From Betaproteobacteria bacterium (lineage in GTDB: Bacteria; Pseudomonadota; Gammaproteobacteria; Burkholderiales; JAEUOS01), in assembly GCA_028292405.1 (NCBI GenBank), contig JAQGMJ010000049.1, positions 8,344 to 72,343 of the forward strand: 64,000 nt of DNA, written 5' to 3'. The first letter of the stretch is position 1. The number at the start of each line of letters is the position of its first letter. The position numbers were made by a program, and so were the translations under genes. Positions 1 through 11,072 of this stretch are shown in pieces. Under the pieces are notes generated by a model. The model was not told the DNA's origin and ran no database searches. It was given only the letters and a program-made list of their open reading frames with translations.

Positions 1-867
1 GAAGTCCTTGTACTCCTTGGAGTCATAGATTTTTTTCAGGGCGGCGGCAAGCTTGGTCTGCACCTCGGGCGGAATGCCCTTGGGCGTGGCGATGCCGCGC
101 CAGGCGCCCATGGTCCAGTCGCTGCCGGTGAGGGATTTAAGCGTCGGCACGTTGGGGTAGAGCGCCGAAGGTTCCTTGGACATGATCGCCAGGGGCCGTG
201 CCTTGCCGGCGTCGATCAGCGCGCGCGCTTCGGGCAGGGAGACCGGCACCACGTCGACGCCGCCGGCGACGAGATCCGTCATCGCCGGGGCGGCGCCGTT
301 GGAAGGCACCCAGCCGACCGCTTGCGGGTTCATCTTCAGGTCTTTCAGCATGCCGGCCAGCGCCAGTTGCCAGATGCCGCCCTGGCCGGTGCCGGAGGCC
401 TTCATCTTGCCGGCAGGCGCCGCCTTGATGGCGGAGACCAGGTCGCCGAGGTTCTTGTAGGGGGAGTCGGCCTTGACCGTGATGCCCGAGGCGTCGATGT
501 TGACCAGGCCAATCGGATTGAAGTCCTTGTAGGTCATTTGCGTGAGGCCGGCCCAGTGCATCATCACCAGCTCGACGGTGACCATGCCGATGGTATAGCC
601 GTCGGGTGCGGCGGTGGAAATGGCGTTGTGGCCGACCACGCCGTTGCCGCCGGTGCGGTTGATCACGTTGACCGGCTGCCCCAAGTCTTTTTCCAGCAGC
701 GAGCCGATGATGCGGGCGGTGCCGTCGGTGCCGCCGCCGGCGCCCCAGGGCACGATCAGGGTGACGGGACGATCGGGCCAGGCCGCGTGGGCGCCGCCGC
801 CAAACGCAAATGAGGCGAGGGTGGCCGCCAGCGCAGCCAGGGTCTTGACCAGGGTTCTACGGTGCAT
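1..867 (-). CDS. Tripartite tricarboxylate transporter substrate-binding protein (Bug/TctC), truncated by window edge
   Basis: Manual translation from ATG at 867: MHRRTLVKTLAALAAT...AAWPDRPVTLIVPWGAGGGTDGTAR...NRTGGNGVVG...APDGYT; AGGAG RBS upstream. Confidence 0.9.
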   Translation of the reverse strand, partial: MHRRTLVKTLAALAATLASFAFGGGAHAAWPDRPVTLIVPWGAGGGTDGTARIIGSLLEKDLGQPVNVINRTGGNGVVGHNAISTAAPDGYTIGMVTVELVMMHWAGLTQMTYKDFNPIGLVNIDASGITVKADSPYKNLGDLVSAIKAAPAGKMKASGTGQGGIWQLALAGMLKDLKMNPQAVGWVPSNGAAPAMTDLVAGGVDVVPVSLPEARALIDAGKARPLAIMSKEPSALYPNVPTLKSLTGSDWTMGAWRGIATPKGIPPEVQTKLAAALKKIYDSKEYKDF

Positions 868-953
868 GTCTGTCTCCTTTTGGGTCGGCCGCGACGGGCC
901 GCCTCTCTTTGGGGTAGTACGTAATGCGTGGTACCGCTAACTTCACCGGCTTG

Positions 954-984
954 AAAAACGGCGCTCCCCGTGAGGGAAGCGCCG
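954..984 (-). terminator. Probable intrinsic terminator after FAH gene
   Basis: Hairpin cggcgctcccc-gtga-gggaagcgccg followed by TTTTT on the minus strand. Confidence 0.55.
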
Positions 985-995
985 CGTCGTGCTTG

Positions 996-1841
996 TTACG
1001 GGTGTGCCTTGACGACCTGGCGCTGCTGGCCCAGTTTCTGGATGCCCAGTTCGACCACGTCGCCGGCCTTGAGGAACTTTGGCGGCTTCATGCCGACGCC
1101 GACGCCCGGCGGGGTGCCGGTGGTGATGATGTCGCCGGGGTGCAGGGTCATGAACTGGCTGCAATAGGCAACGATGTTGTGGCAACCGAAGATCATGGTC
1201 TTGGTGTTGCCCGTCTGCATCCTCTCGCCGTTGACGGTGAGCCACATGTCGAGGTTCTGCGGGTCGCCGACTTCGTCGGAGGTGACCAGCCAGGGGCCGA
1301 TCGGGCCGAAGGTGTCGCAGCCCTTGCCACGGTCCCATTGGCTGCCGCGCTTGAGCTGGAAGTGGCGCTCGGAAACGTCGTTGACCACGCAGTAGCCGGC
1401 GATATATTTTCCCGCGTCTTCTTCCTTGATTTCCTTGCAGCGCGTGCCGATGACGATGGCGATTTCCACTTCCCAGTCCATCTCGGTCGAGCCCAGGGGA
1501 ATGATGGTGTCGTCGTTCGGGCCGCAAATGGAGGTAGTCCACTTGTTGAACAGGATCGGCTCGGTCGGGATCGGCATGCCCGCTTCCTTGGCATGGTCCA
1601 CATAGTTCAGGCCGATGGCGATGAACTTGGAAATGCCGGTATACGGCACGCCCAGGCGCGGCGAACCCTTGACCAGCGGCAGCGACTTCGGGTCGATCTT
1701 CGCCAGCTTCTTCAACCCGGCCGGCGAAATCTCGCCCCAGCCGATGTCCGACACAACCTTGGACAGGTCACGGATGTTGCCGTCCGCGTCCAGCAGACCC
1801 GGTTTTTCTTTGCCCGAAGGGCCATAACGCAACAGTTTCAT
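996..1841 (-). CDS. Fumarylacetoacetate hydrolase family protein
   Basis: IGLNYVDHAKE, DWEVE, NDVSER, KGCDTFGPIGP, GDIITTGTPPGVG motifs. Confidence 0.92.
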   Translation of the reverse strand: MKLLRYGPSGKEKPGLLDADGNIRDLSKVVSDIGWGEISPAGLKKLAKIDPKSLPLVKGSPRLGVPYTGISKFIAIGLNYVDHAKEAGMPIPTEPILFNKWTTSICGPNDDTIIPLGSTEMDWEVEIAIVIGTRCKEIKEEDAGKYIAGYCVVNDVSERHFQLKRGSQWDRGKGCDTFGPIGPWLVTSDEVGDPQNLDMWLTVNGERMQTGNTKTMIFGCHNIVAYCSQFMTLHPGDIITTGTPPGVGVGMKPPKFLKAGDVVELGIQKLGQQRQVVKAHP

Positions 1842-1897
1842 ATGTTTCCTTTCTTCATTCTAAGTTTTAGGGTTTGGAATTTTCGTAGAAGTTTAGC

Positions 1898-1971
1898 CAA
1901 AAAATCATCCGGCTTTGCTGGTGATTTTTGCAAGCTAGAACTCGAAAAAAGTAGGTTTGTACTTTTTTCGA
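1898..1971. repeat. Dispersed double-hairpin element, copy A
   Basis: aaaaatca-t-ccggc-ttt-gctgg-tgattttt plus tcgaaaaaagta-ggtttg-tacttttttcga; homologous to 4528-4612 and 51421-51497. Confidence 0.8.
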
Positions 1972-1975
1972 TTGG

Positions 1976-2743
1976 TCAGATCGTCATTCCCCCGTCGCAC
2001 GAGTACGCGTTGCCGGTGCAAAACGCCGACTCGTCGGACGCAAGATACACCACCAGCGGCGCGATTTCATCGGCGGTGGCCAGGCGCCCCATCGGCTGGC
2101 GCGCGATGAAATCGCGGCGCGCCTGCACCGGGTCGGGCAGGGCATTGATGCGGTCGGCCAGCGAGGGGGTATCCACCGTGCCGGGGCACACTGCGTTGCA
2201 GCGGATGCCCTGGGTGACGAAGTCGGCGGCGATCGACTTGGTCATGCCGATCACCGCGGCCTTGGAGGCGCCGTAGACAAAGCGATTGGGCAGGCCGCGG
2301 ATCGACGAAGCCACCGAGGCGATGTTGATGATCGAGCCCAGGGCGCCGGTCTTCGCATGGTTGTCGACCATGCCGGGCAGGAAGGCGCGCGCCATTTTCC
2401 ATTGCGCCCGCACGTTCAGGTTGAAGGCGAAGTTCCATTCGTCGTCGGTGCAATCCAGCGCCGTGCCGTGGTGGACGAAGCCGGTGCAGTTGAACAGGGC
2501 GTTGATCGTCCCCACTTCCTTGGCAATTGCTTCAATGGCTTTGTCGTCGAGCGCGTTGAGTTTGCGCGTGGTGACGTTGGCCACGCCGGCATAACTATCG
2601 AGCAGCTTTTCGTTGATGTCGGTGGCCCAGACTTTCGCGCCCTCGGCGGCGAAAGCCAGCGCGCAGGCGCGGCCGATGCCCTGGCCGGCGGCGGTGACAA
2701 AGGCGGTCTTGCCTGCCAGTCTTCCAGCGGATGTGCCTGCCAC
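1976..2743 (-). CDS. SDR oxidoreductase (2-keto-3-deoxy-sugar-acid dehydrogenase-like)
   Basis: [25 protein letters not shown]; adjacent to FAH and dehydratase genes. Confidence 0.88.
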   Translation of the reverse strand: MAGTSAGRLAGKTAFVTAAGQGIGRACALAFAAEGAKVWATDINEKLLDSYAGVANVTTRKLNALDDKAIEAIAKEVGTINALFNCTGFVHHGTALDCTDDEWNFAFNLNVRAQWKMARAFLPGMVDNHAKTGALGSIINIASVASSIRGLPNRFVYGASKAAVIGMTKSIAADFVTQGIRCNAVCPGTVDTPSLADRINALPDPVQARRDFIARQPMGRLATADEIAPLVVYLASDESAFCTGNAYSCDGGMTI

Positions 2744-2914
2744 TTGATGTCTCCTCGTTATTTTTCGAAGTAACCATTAGGTTAACATGAGCCGCGCAGG
2801 AATTTGCAGGTCGAAACGACAAAGCCGTCCGGACAAAGTGCGGCGTAAAATTGATTCTATTGCTGCAGGTAATCCCAAGAGAATGCAAGCAATTCAAACA
2901 TAACGGAGACTCTT

Positions 2915-4456
2915 ATGGGCGAGGTAACCCCGCAATTCATCCGCACCGCCACGCTGCGTTTGAATCCGAACGACGACGTGGTGATCGCCGCGCGTGAAAT
3001 CGCCGCCGGCACCCTGATCGCCGCCGAGAACGTCACCACCGCCTCGCGCATTCCCTCCGGCCACAAGATGGCGACGCGCGCCATCGCGGTGGGCGAGCCG
3101 GTGCGCCGCTACAACCAGATCATCGGCTTCGCCACGCAGCCGATCCCCCCCGGCGCGCACGTGCATACCCACAACATCGAAGTGCAGGCATTCGAGCGCG
3201 ACTACGCCTTCGGCACCGACATCAAGCCGCAGGTGAAAGTCGCCCAGCCCGCTACCTTCATGGGCTACAAGCGCGCCGATGGCCGCGTGGCGACCCGCAA
3301 TTACATCGGCGTGCTCTCCACCGTGAATTGTTCCGCCACGGTCGCCAAGCAGGTGGCCGATCATTTCGCGCGCAGCGGTGAACTGGCGAACTACCCCAAC
3401 ATAGACGGCGTCGTCGGCCTGACGCACTCCGCCGGCTGCGGCATGGACTCCACCGGCGAAGGCATGGACGTGCTTCGCCGGACCATCGCCGGCTACGCGC
3501 GCCATCCCAACTTCGCCGGCGTGCTGATCATCGGCCTGGGCTGCGAGGCGAACCAGATGGGCGCTCTGATGATCGCCGAACACCTGGCTGAAGGCACGCA
3601 GTTGCACACCATGAACATCCAGGACATCGGCGGCACGCGCAAGTGCATCGCCTGGGGCGTCGAGAAGGTGAAGGAGATGCTGGTGTTCGCCAACCAGGTC
3701 AAGCGCGAGCCTTGCCCGGCGAGCCACATCACCGTCGGCCTGCAATGCGGCGGCTCCGACGGCTACTCAGGCATCACCGCCAACCCCGCGCTGGGCGCGG
3801 CGGTGGACCTGCTGGTGGCGCATGGCGGTACCGCAATTCTTTCCGAGACGCCGGAAATCTACGGCGCCGAACACCTGCTGACCCGCCGCGCGGTATCGCG
3901 TGAGGTCGGCGAAAAAATCGTCACCCGCATCAAGTGGTGGGAGGACTACTGCGAGCGCAACAAGGGCGAGATGAACAACAACCCCTCGCCAGGCAACAAG
4001 GCGGGCGGCCTCACCACCATCCTGGAAAAATCATTGGGTGCGGTGGCCAAGGGCGGCACTACCAACCTGGTGGATGTCTACGAGTACGCGCAACAGGTCG
4101 ACAAGCACGGCTTCGTCTACATGGACACACCCGGCTACGACCCGGTCTCCGCCACCGGCCAGGTTGCGGGCGGCGCGAATCTCATCTGCTTTACCACCGG
4201 CCGCGGCTCGGCCTATGGCTGCATTCCCTCGCCGTCGATGAAGCTCGCCACCAATACGCCGCTGTACCTCAAGCAGACCGACGATATGGACATCAACTGC
4301 GGCGAGATTCTCGACGGCAGCGCCAACGTGCAGCAGCTTGGGCAAAAGATTTTCGAGCGCATGCTCGAAATCGCCTCTGGATCGAAGTCCAAGAGCGAGG
4401 AGTGGGGCTACGGCCACCTCGAGTTTGCACCGTGGATCATCGGCGCCACGATGTAA
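2915..4456 (+). CDS. uxaA: UxaA/GarD family sugar-acid dehydratase (SAF plus catalytic domain)
   Basis: GHKMA SAF motif, RNYIGVLSTVNC, QCGGSDGYSGITANP, NPSPGNKAGGLTTILEKSLG. Confidence 0.88.
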   Translation: MGEVTPQFIRTATLRLNPNDDVVIAAREIAAGTLIAAENVTTASRIPSGHKMATRAIAVGEPVRRYNQIIGFATQPIPPGAHVHTHNIEVQAFERDYAFGTDIKPQVKVAQPATFMGYKRADGRVATRNYIGVLSTVNCSATVAKQVADHFARSGELANYPNIDGVVGLTHSAGCGMDSTGEGMDVLRRTIAGYARHPNFAGVLIIGLGCEANQMGALMIAEHLAEGTQLHTMNIQDIGGTRKCIAWGVEKVKEMLVFANQVKREPCPASHITVGLQCGGSDGYSGITANPALGAAVDLLVAHGGTAILSETPEIYGAEHLLTRRAVSREVGEKIVTRIKWWEDYCERNKGEMNNNPSPGNKAGGLTTILEKSLGAVAKGGTTNLVDVYEYAQQVDKHGFVYMDTPGYDPVSATGQVAGGANLICFTTGRGSAYGCIPSPSMKLATNTPLYLKQTDDMDINCGEILDGSANVQQLGQKIFERMLEIASGSKSKSEEWGYGHLEFAPWIIGATM

Positions 4457-4527
4457 GAGCATTCAAAAACCACGAAAAGCCGTCCAGTGCATCGCGTACG
4501 GGAAGCTTTTTTTGTGCGCAGTTCCCT

Positions 4528-4612
4528 AAAAAAATCGGCCGGCTCATTGCAACTGAGGCCGGCGATTTTTTTCATGCTTGAACGCTCAAAAGTAGGTTTT
4601 TACTTTTGAGCG
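4528..4612. repeat. Dispersed double-hairpin element, copy B (overlaps stop of REC-EAL gene)
   Basis: aaaaaaatcg-g-ccggc...gccgg-cgattttttt plus cgctcaaaagta-ggtttt-tacttttgagcg. Confidence 0.8.
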
Positions 4613-5790
4613 CTCCACGTAGTGTTCCAGTCCGGCACCGCCTCGCCCGGCATCGGCCGGGCGATGAAGTAACCCTGGGCGACGTCGCAGTCGAGCGACT
4701 TCAGTAGCGCCCATTCCTCGTCTTTTTCGATGCCCTCGGCCACCGCGCGCAGGCCGAGCTTGTGCGCCAGCTGCAGGCTGGACTCGAGGATCACCCGCAG
4801 GTTCGGGCGGTTGGTGGCGCCGGTGACAAAGGACTGGTCGATCTTCAGCTCGGTGAAGGGAATGCGCGAGAGCTGCTGCATCGATGAAAAGCCGGTGCCG
4901 TAGTCGTCGATCGAAATGCCGAAACCGCGCATGCGCAGGCGCGCCAGGTTTTCCAGCACGTAGGTAAGGTTGGTGGTGACCAGGCTTTCGGTCACCTCCA
5001 GGGTGATCATCTTGGGTGAAAGCCCCAGGCGCGTGGCCAGGCCGAAAATCACGTCCGCCACGTTGGTCTGCCCGAGGTAGGCCAGCGATAAGTTCACCGC
5101 CATCGGCGTCACCAGGCCGCGCTCGGCCCAGGCTTTGTGCTGGGCAAAGGCGGTTTCCAGCATGCGCATGGTGAGGGCGTCGATCAGGTCGCTGCGTTCG
5201 GCCACCTCGATGAAGCTGGCCGGCATCAGCAGGCCCTTTTCCTTGTGGCGCCAACGCGCCAGCGCTTCAACCCCGGCCAGCTTCAGGGTCTGGAACTCCA
5301 CCTTGGGCTGGTAGTAGGCAACAAATTCGTTTTCCGCCAGACCGTGGCGGATGTCTTCCGGCATGACTGCCGGCGGCTGCACCTTGCGCGGCGTCGCGCT
5401 GGGCTTGTAGCGCGACAACAGGTTGTAGAGTTTTTGCGCAGTGACCGGTTTTTCGATCGTGCCCAGCACCGTCAAGCCATGGGCGCGCGCCATCCCTTCG
5501 ACGGAAGCGATCAACTGCGTCTCCAGGCCCGACTGCAAAATCACCGAAGTGACCAGCTGGTCTTCGGCGAGATGGCGAATGAACTGCACGCCATCCATGC
5601 CCGGCATGTCGAGGTCGCACAAGGCCACGTCCACCGGCCAGGGAGCACCGCGGATCTTGTCCAGCGCCTCGCGGCCGTCCGCCGCCTCGATCACCTGGCG
5701 TACACCAAGCTGCGCGAGGAAAGACAGCGCCACCTGCCGCTGGAAGTCGTGGTCCTCGACCACGATCAGCCCCAAGTTGTGAAAATCCAT
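4600..5790 (-). CDS. Response regulator with EAL c-di-GMP phosphodiesterase domain (RocR-like)
   Basis: REC (VVEDH, CDLDMPGMDG, EKP) plus EAL (VEALARW, IDDYGTG, ELKIDQSF, AEGIE); start set at MDFHN. Confidence 0.9.
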   Translation of the reverse strand: MDFHNLGLIVVEDHDFQRQVALSFLAQLGVRQVIEAADGREALDKIRGAPWPVDVALCDLDMPGMDGVQFIRHLAEDQLVTSVILQSGLETQLIASVEGMARAHGLTVLGTIEKPVTAQKLYNLLSRYKPSATPRKVQPPAVMPEDIRHGLAENEFVAYYQPKVEFQTLKLAGVEALARWRHKEKGLLMPASFIEVAERSDLIDALTMRMLETAFAQHKAWAERGLVTPMAVNLSLAYLGQTNVADVIFGLATRLGLSPKMITLEVTESLVTTNLTYVLENLARLRMRGFGISIDDYGTGFSSMQQLSRIPFTELKIDQSFVTGATNRPNLRVILESSLQLAHKLGLRAVAEGIEKDEEWALLKSLDCDVAQGYFIARPMPGEAVPDWNTTWSAQK

Positions 5791-6058
5791 CCTTTTACCC
5801 GCTCTCGCCCGCAAAAAACGTCATGCACGAATGCGCAGTCGCATCCCTGCCCAGGTGAGCGTGCCTTCTTCGCCGGCTCTCCAACCGGCGACCCCCTAAG
5901 CCGGCGCAAGCCGACTTATCCCCACACGGTCCAGACCATTATAGGCCGAGAGGAAGGGGGGTCAATCGCCCATTCGGGCTAGTTGACAAGCGGGCGGGCC
6001 TCGGTTATGAGCGGCCTCGCGCGAGCGGCAAAAGCCGTCAACCGGACGGCTAAAGGCA

Positions 6059-7036
6059 TCAATCGGGGACCAGAACCACCTTGCCGTGGGTCTGGCGATT
6101 GGCCAGGTCACGCATCGCTTGCGGCGCTTCGGACAATTTGTAACGGTGCGAAATCACCGGCTTGATCCGCCCTTGCGCCAGCAATCCGAACAAGTCGTCG
6201 AATACCGCCCGCGCGGTCTCGGGCTCGCGCTTGGCGGTCTCGCCCCAGAACACGCCGATGGCCGACGCCGATTTGAGCAGCAGCCGGTTCGCCGCCAGGT
6301 TGGGAATGGTGCCGCCGGCGAAGCCGACCACGATCAGGCGCCCGCGCCAGGCCAGCACCCGCAGCGAGCCCTCGGCGATCCGCCCGCCCACCATGTCGAT
6401 GATGATGTCGGCACCGTTGCCGCCGGTGGCCGCCTTCAACTGCTCGATCCAGGCGTCGCTGTTGTAGTCGTAGGCCTCGTCGGCGCCGTGCGCCTTGCAC
6501 ACCGCCAGCTTTTCCGGACTGCCGGCAGTGGCGATGATTTTGCCCGCGCCCCATACCTTCGCCAGCTGGATCGCCGCCAGGCCGACGCCGCCGGCGCCGG
6601 CATGCACCAGCACGGTTTCGCCCGGCTGCAGGCGCCCGGCGCCGCGCAAGCAGGCATGCGCCGTCGGGTAGACGATCGGCAGCGCCGAGCCTTCGGCAAA
6701 GTCGAGGTTGTCCGGAATCGGCGCCACCGAGGCGTCGCGCATGATCGCGTGCGTCGCGTAGCCGCCGACGCCGGTGTTGCCGCACACGCGCATTCCCGGC
6801 TTGAAGCGGGAGTCGGGTCCGACGGCCTCGATGGTCCCGGCGACTTCCACCCCCGGAGTGAAAGGGAAGGGCGGCTTCACCTGGTAACGGCCGCGCACCA
6901 TCAAGGTATCGAGAAAGTTCAGCGCCGCCGCCTCCACCTTCACCAGCACTTCGCCGGCGCCCGGCTGCGGCGTCGGCAGTTCCTCGAAAATCATTTCCTC
7001 CGGCTCGCACCACTGCCTGACGACCCATGCTTTCAT
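6059..7036 (-). CDS. NADPH:quinone oxidoreductase (MDR family)
   Basis: PFTPGVEVAG, VHAGAGGVG, GKVVL; start set at MKAWVV with GGAG RBS. Confidence 0.9.
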   Translation of the reverse strand: MKAWVVRQWCEPEEMIFEELPTPQPGAGEVLVKVEAAALNFLDTLMVRGRYQVKPPFPFTPGVEVAGTIEAVGPDSRFKPGMRVCGNTGVGGYATHAIMRDASVAPIPDNLDFAEGSALPIVYPTAHACLRGAGRLQPGETVLVHAGAGGVGLAAIQLAKVWGAGKIIATAGSPEKLAVCKAHGADEAYDYNSDAWIEQLKAATGGNGADIIIDMVGGRIAEGSLRVLAWRGRLIVVGFAGGTIPNLAANRLLLKSASAIGVFWGETAKREPETARAVFDDLFGLLAQGRIKPVISHRYKLSEAPQAMRDLANRQTHGKVVLVPD

Positions 7037-7229
7037 GCCATCTCCTCCGTGTACTGTGCTTTGATTGCAATGCGCATATGCTACGGCATGCGTCACAGCG
7101 CCGGAACGACGGGCTGCATAAGCGAATCCGAGTAGCGGCAAGTTCGTGCCAGGACTTAGCATCTCTGCCGGCGAGGCACCATACGCGTCGTGAGGCTGGA
7201 AGCAGGAAGGCAGTCAGGAGAGAACAGAG

Positions 7230-9314
<2,085 letters not shown>

Positions 9315-9354
9315 GGCGCAACGCGCCGACAAAAACACCCGAGGAGCAGATATC

Positions 9355-10527
9355 ATGACCGACGCCGTTATCGTATCCACCGCGCGCACGCCATTGGGTA
9401 AATCCTGGCGCGGCTATTTCAACATGACCCAGGGCGCCACTCTGGGCGCGCACGCCGTGCAGCACGCGATGGCGCGTGCCGGGGTCGAGCCGGGCGAGGT
9501 CTACGACGTGCTGATGGGCTGCGCCTACCCGGAGGGCGCCACCGGCCAGAACATCGCGCGCCAGATCGCGCTGCGCGCCGGCTGCCCGGTGAGCGTGTCA
9601 GGCATGACGGTGAACCGCTTTTGCTCCTCCGGCCTGCAGACCATCGCCCTGGCGGCGCAACGCGTGATGGCCGGCGAGGCCGGCATCATGGTGGCGGGCG
9701 GGGTCGAGTCGATCTCGCTGGTGCAAAACGAGGTGAAGAACTCTTTCGACCCCTGGCTGAGCGAACACAAGCCCGAGATCTATTGGCCGATGCTGCGCAC
9801 CGCCGAGACTGTCGCCAAGCGCTACAACATCGCGCGCGAGGTGCAGGACCAATATGGCGTGCTCAGCCAGCAGCGCGCCGCCAAGGGCCGCGCCGAAGGC
9901 CGCTTCACCGAAGAGATCGTGCCCATCACCGTGCAAAAGCAGATGGCCGACAAGGAAACCGGCAATTCCTGGGTGGAGCAAATCACCGCCAGCCAGGACG
10001 AGGGCATCCGCGCCGATACCACTTACGAAGGCGTGGCGAAAATCAAGCCGGCCATCGAGGGGGGGGTGATCGCCGCCGGTAACGCCAGCCAGTTTTCCGA
10101 CGGCTCTTCCGCGGCCGTGGTGATGAGCGCCAAACTGGCCGAACAGCGCGGCTTGAAGCCGCTGGGTATCTACCGCGGCTTCGTGGTCGCCGGCTGCGAG
10201 CCGGACGAAATGGGCATCGGCCCGGTTTTCGCCATTCCGAAGCTGCTCAAGCAGGCCGGCCTGAAAGTCGACGACATCGGCCTGTGGGAGCTGAACGAGG
10301 CCTTTGCGGTGCAGGTGATCTACTGCCGCGACAAGCTGGGCATTCCCGACGAGCGCCTGAATGTGAACGGCGGCTCGATCGCGGTGGGCCACCCCTACGG
10401 CGTCACCGGCGCCCGCCTGGTCGGCCATGCGTTGATCGAGGGCAAGCGCCGCGATGTCAAGTACGTGGTGGTGACCATGTGCATCGGCGGCGGCATGGGG
10501 GCGGCCGGCCTGTTCGAGGTGGCTTGA
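9355..10527 (+). CDS. Acetyl-CoA C-acyltransferase (thiolase)
   Basis: [24 protein letters not shown]; start MTDAVIV with GAGGAG RBS. Confidence 0.94.
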   Translation: MTDAVIVSTARTPLGKSWRGYFNMTQGATLGAHAVQHAMARAGVEPGEVYDVLMGCAYPEGATGQNIARQIALRAGCPVSVSGMTVNRFCSSGLQTIALAAQRVMAGEAGIMVAGGVESISLVQNEVKNSFDPWLSEHKPEIYWPMLRTAETVAKRYNIAREVQDQYGVLSQQRAAKGRAEGRFTEEIVPITVQKQMADKETGNSWVEQITASQDEGIRADTTYEGVAKIKPAIEGGVIAAGNASQFSDGSSAAVVMSAKLAEQRGLKPLGIYRGFVVAGCEPDEMGIGPVFAIPKLLKQAGLKVDDIGLWELNEAFAVQVIYCRDKLGIPDERLNVNGGSIAVGHPYGVTGARLVGHALIEGKRRDVKYVVVTMCIGGGMGAAGLFEVA

Positions 10528-10641
10528 GGCTGCTCCCGGGGGCGGTTTTCCCCCGGAAGGGCGGATCGCGGTAAACTTGCGCAACGGTCGCGGCAGTCCG
10601 GGGTGGCTTTTACGCGCGAACTGTTCTTCAGGGAGAAAACC

Positions 10642-11049
10642 ATGAGCAAAATGATTCGATGTGCGATGGGTGCGGCGGGTTTTGCCGCGGCGCTGCTGGC
10701 CGGAGGCGCCCAGGCCTTGACCGTGGGCGATATCCAGGTCAAGTCGGGCCTGGGCGACAACTTCAGGGCCAGCATACCGGTAATGCTGGCGGCAGGTGAA
10801 GACGTCAGCTTCGCCTGCATCCGCCTGGACGAAAGCGCCAGCTCGAAATACAGGGACGTGCCGCCGCTGAAGGGCTACACCATGAAGCTGGAGCGTAGCG
10901 GTAATGTTGCCACGGTGAACCTGTCGACCAATCTGGCGGTGTTCGAGCCGGTGGTGCGCATCAACCTGCTGATCCGCTGCGGCGCCAAGGTGTCGACCTC
11001 GCGCGAATTCCTGGTGACCCAGACCCTGCAGGGCGCGGAGAAAAAATAG
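10642..11049 (+). CDS. Small exported protein resembling the FimV N-terminal domain
   Basis: Signal peptide ending AQA, then LTVGDIQVKSGLGDNFRASIPV; GGAGA RBS. Confidence 0.65.
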   Translation: MSKMIRCAMGAAGFAAALLAGGAQALTVGDIQVKSGLGDNFRASIPVMLAAGEDVSFACIRLDESASSKYRDVPPLKGYTMKLERSGNVATVNLSTNLAVFEPVVRINLLIRCGAKVSTSREFLVTQTLQGAEKK

Positions 11050-11072
11050 GGCGTCGCGGCGATGATGATCCA

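Noticed and set aside
1898-1971. Integron attC site or c-di-GMP riboswitch as the identity of the double-hairpin element
   Set aside because: No RYYYAAC/GTTRRRY boxes, no integrase or cassette array, no GEMM consensus, and copies lie at 3' ends.
7138-7152. Sigma54 promoter on the minus strand (TGGCACGAACTTGC)
   Set aside because: GG-to-GC spacing is 9 nt instead of the required 10.
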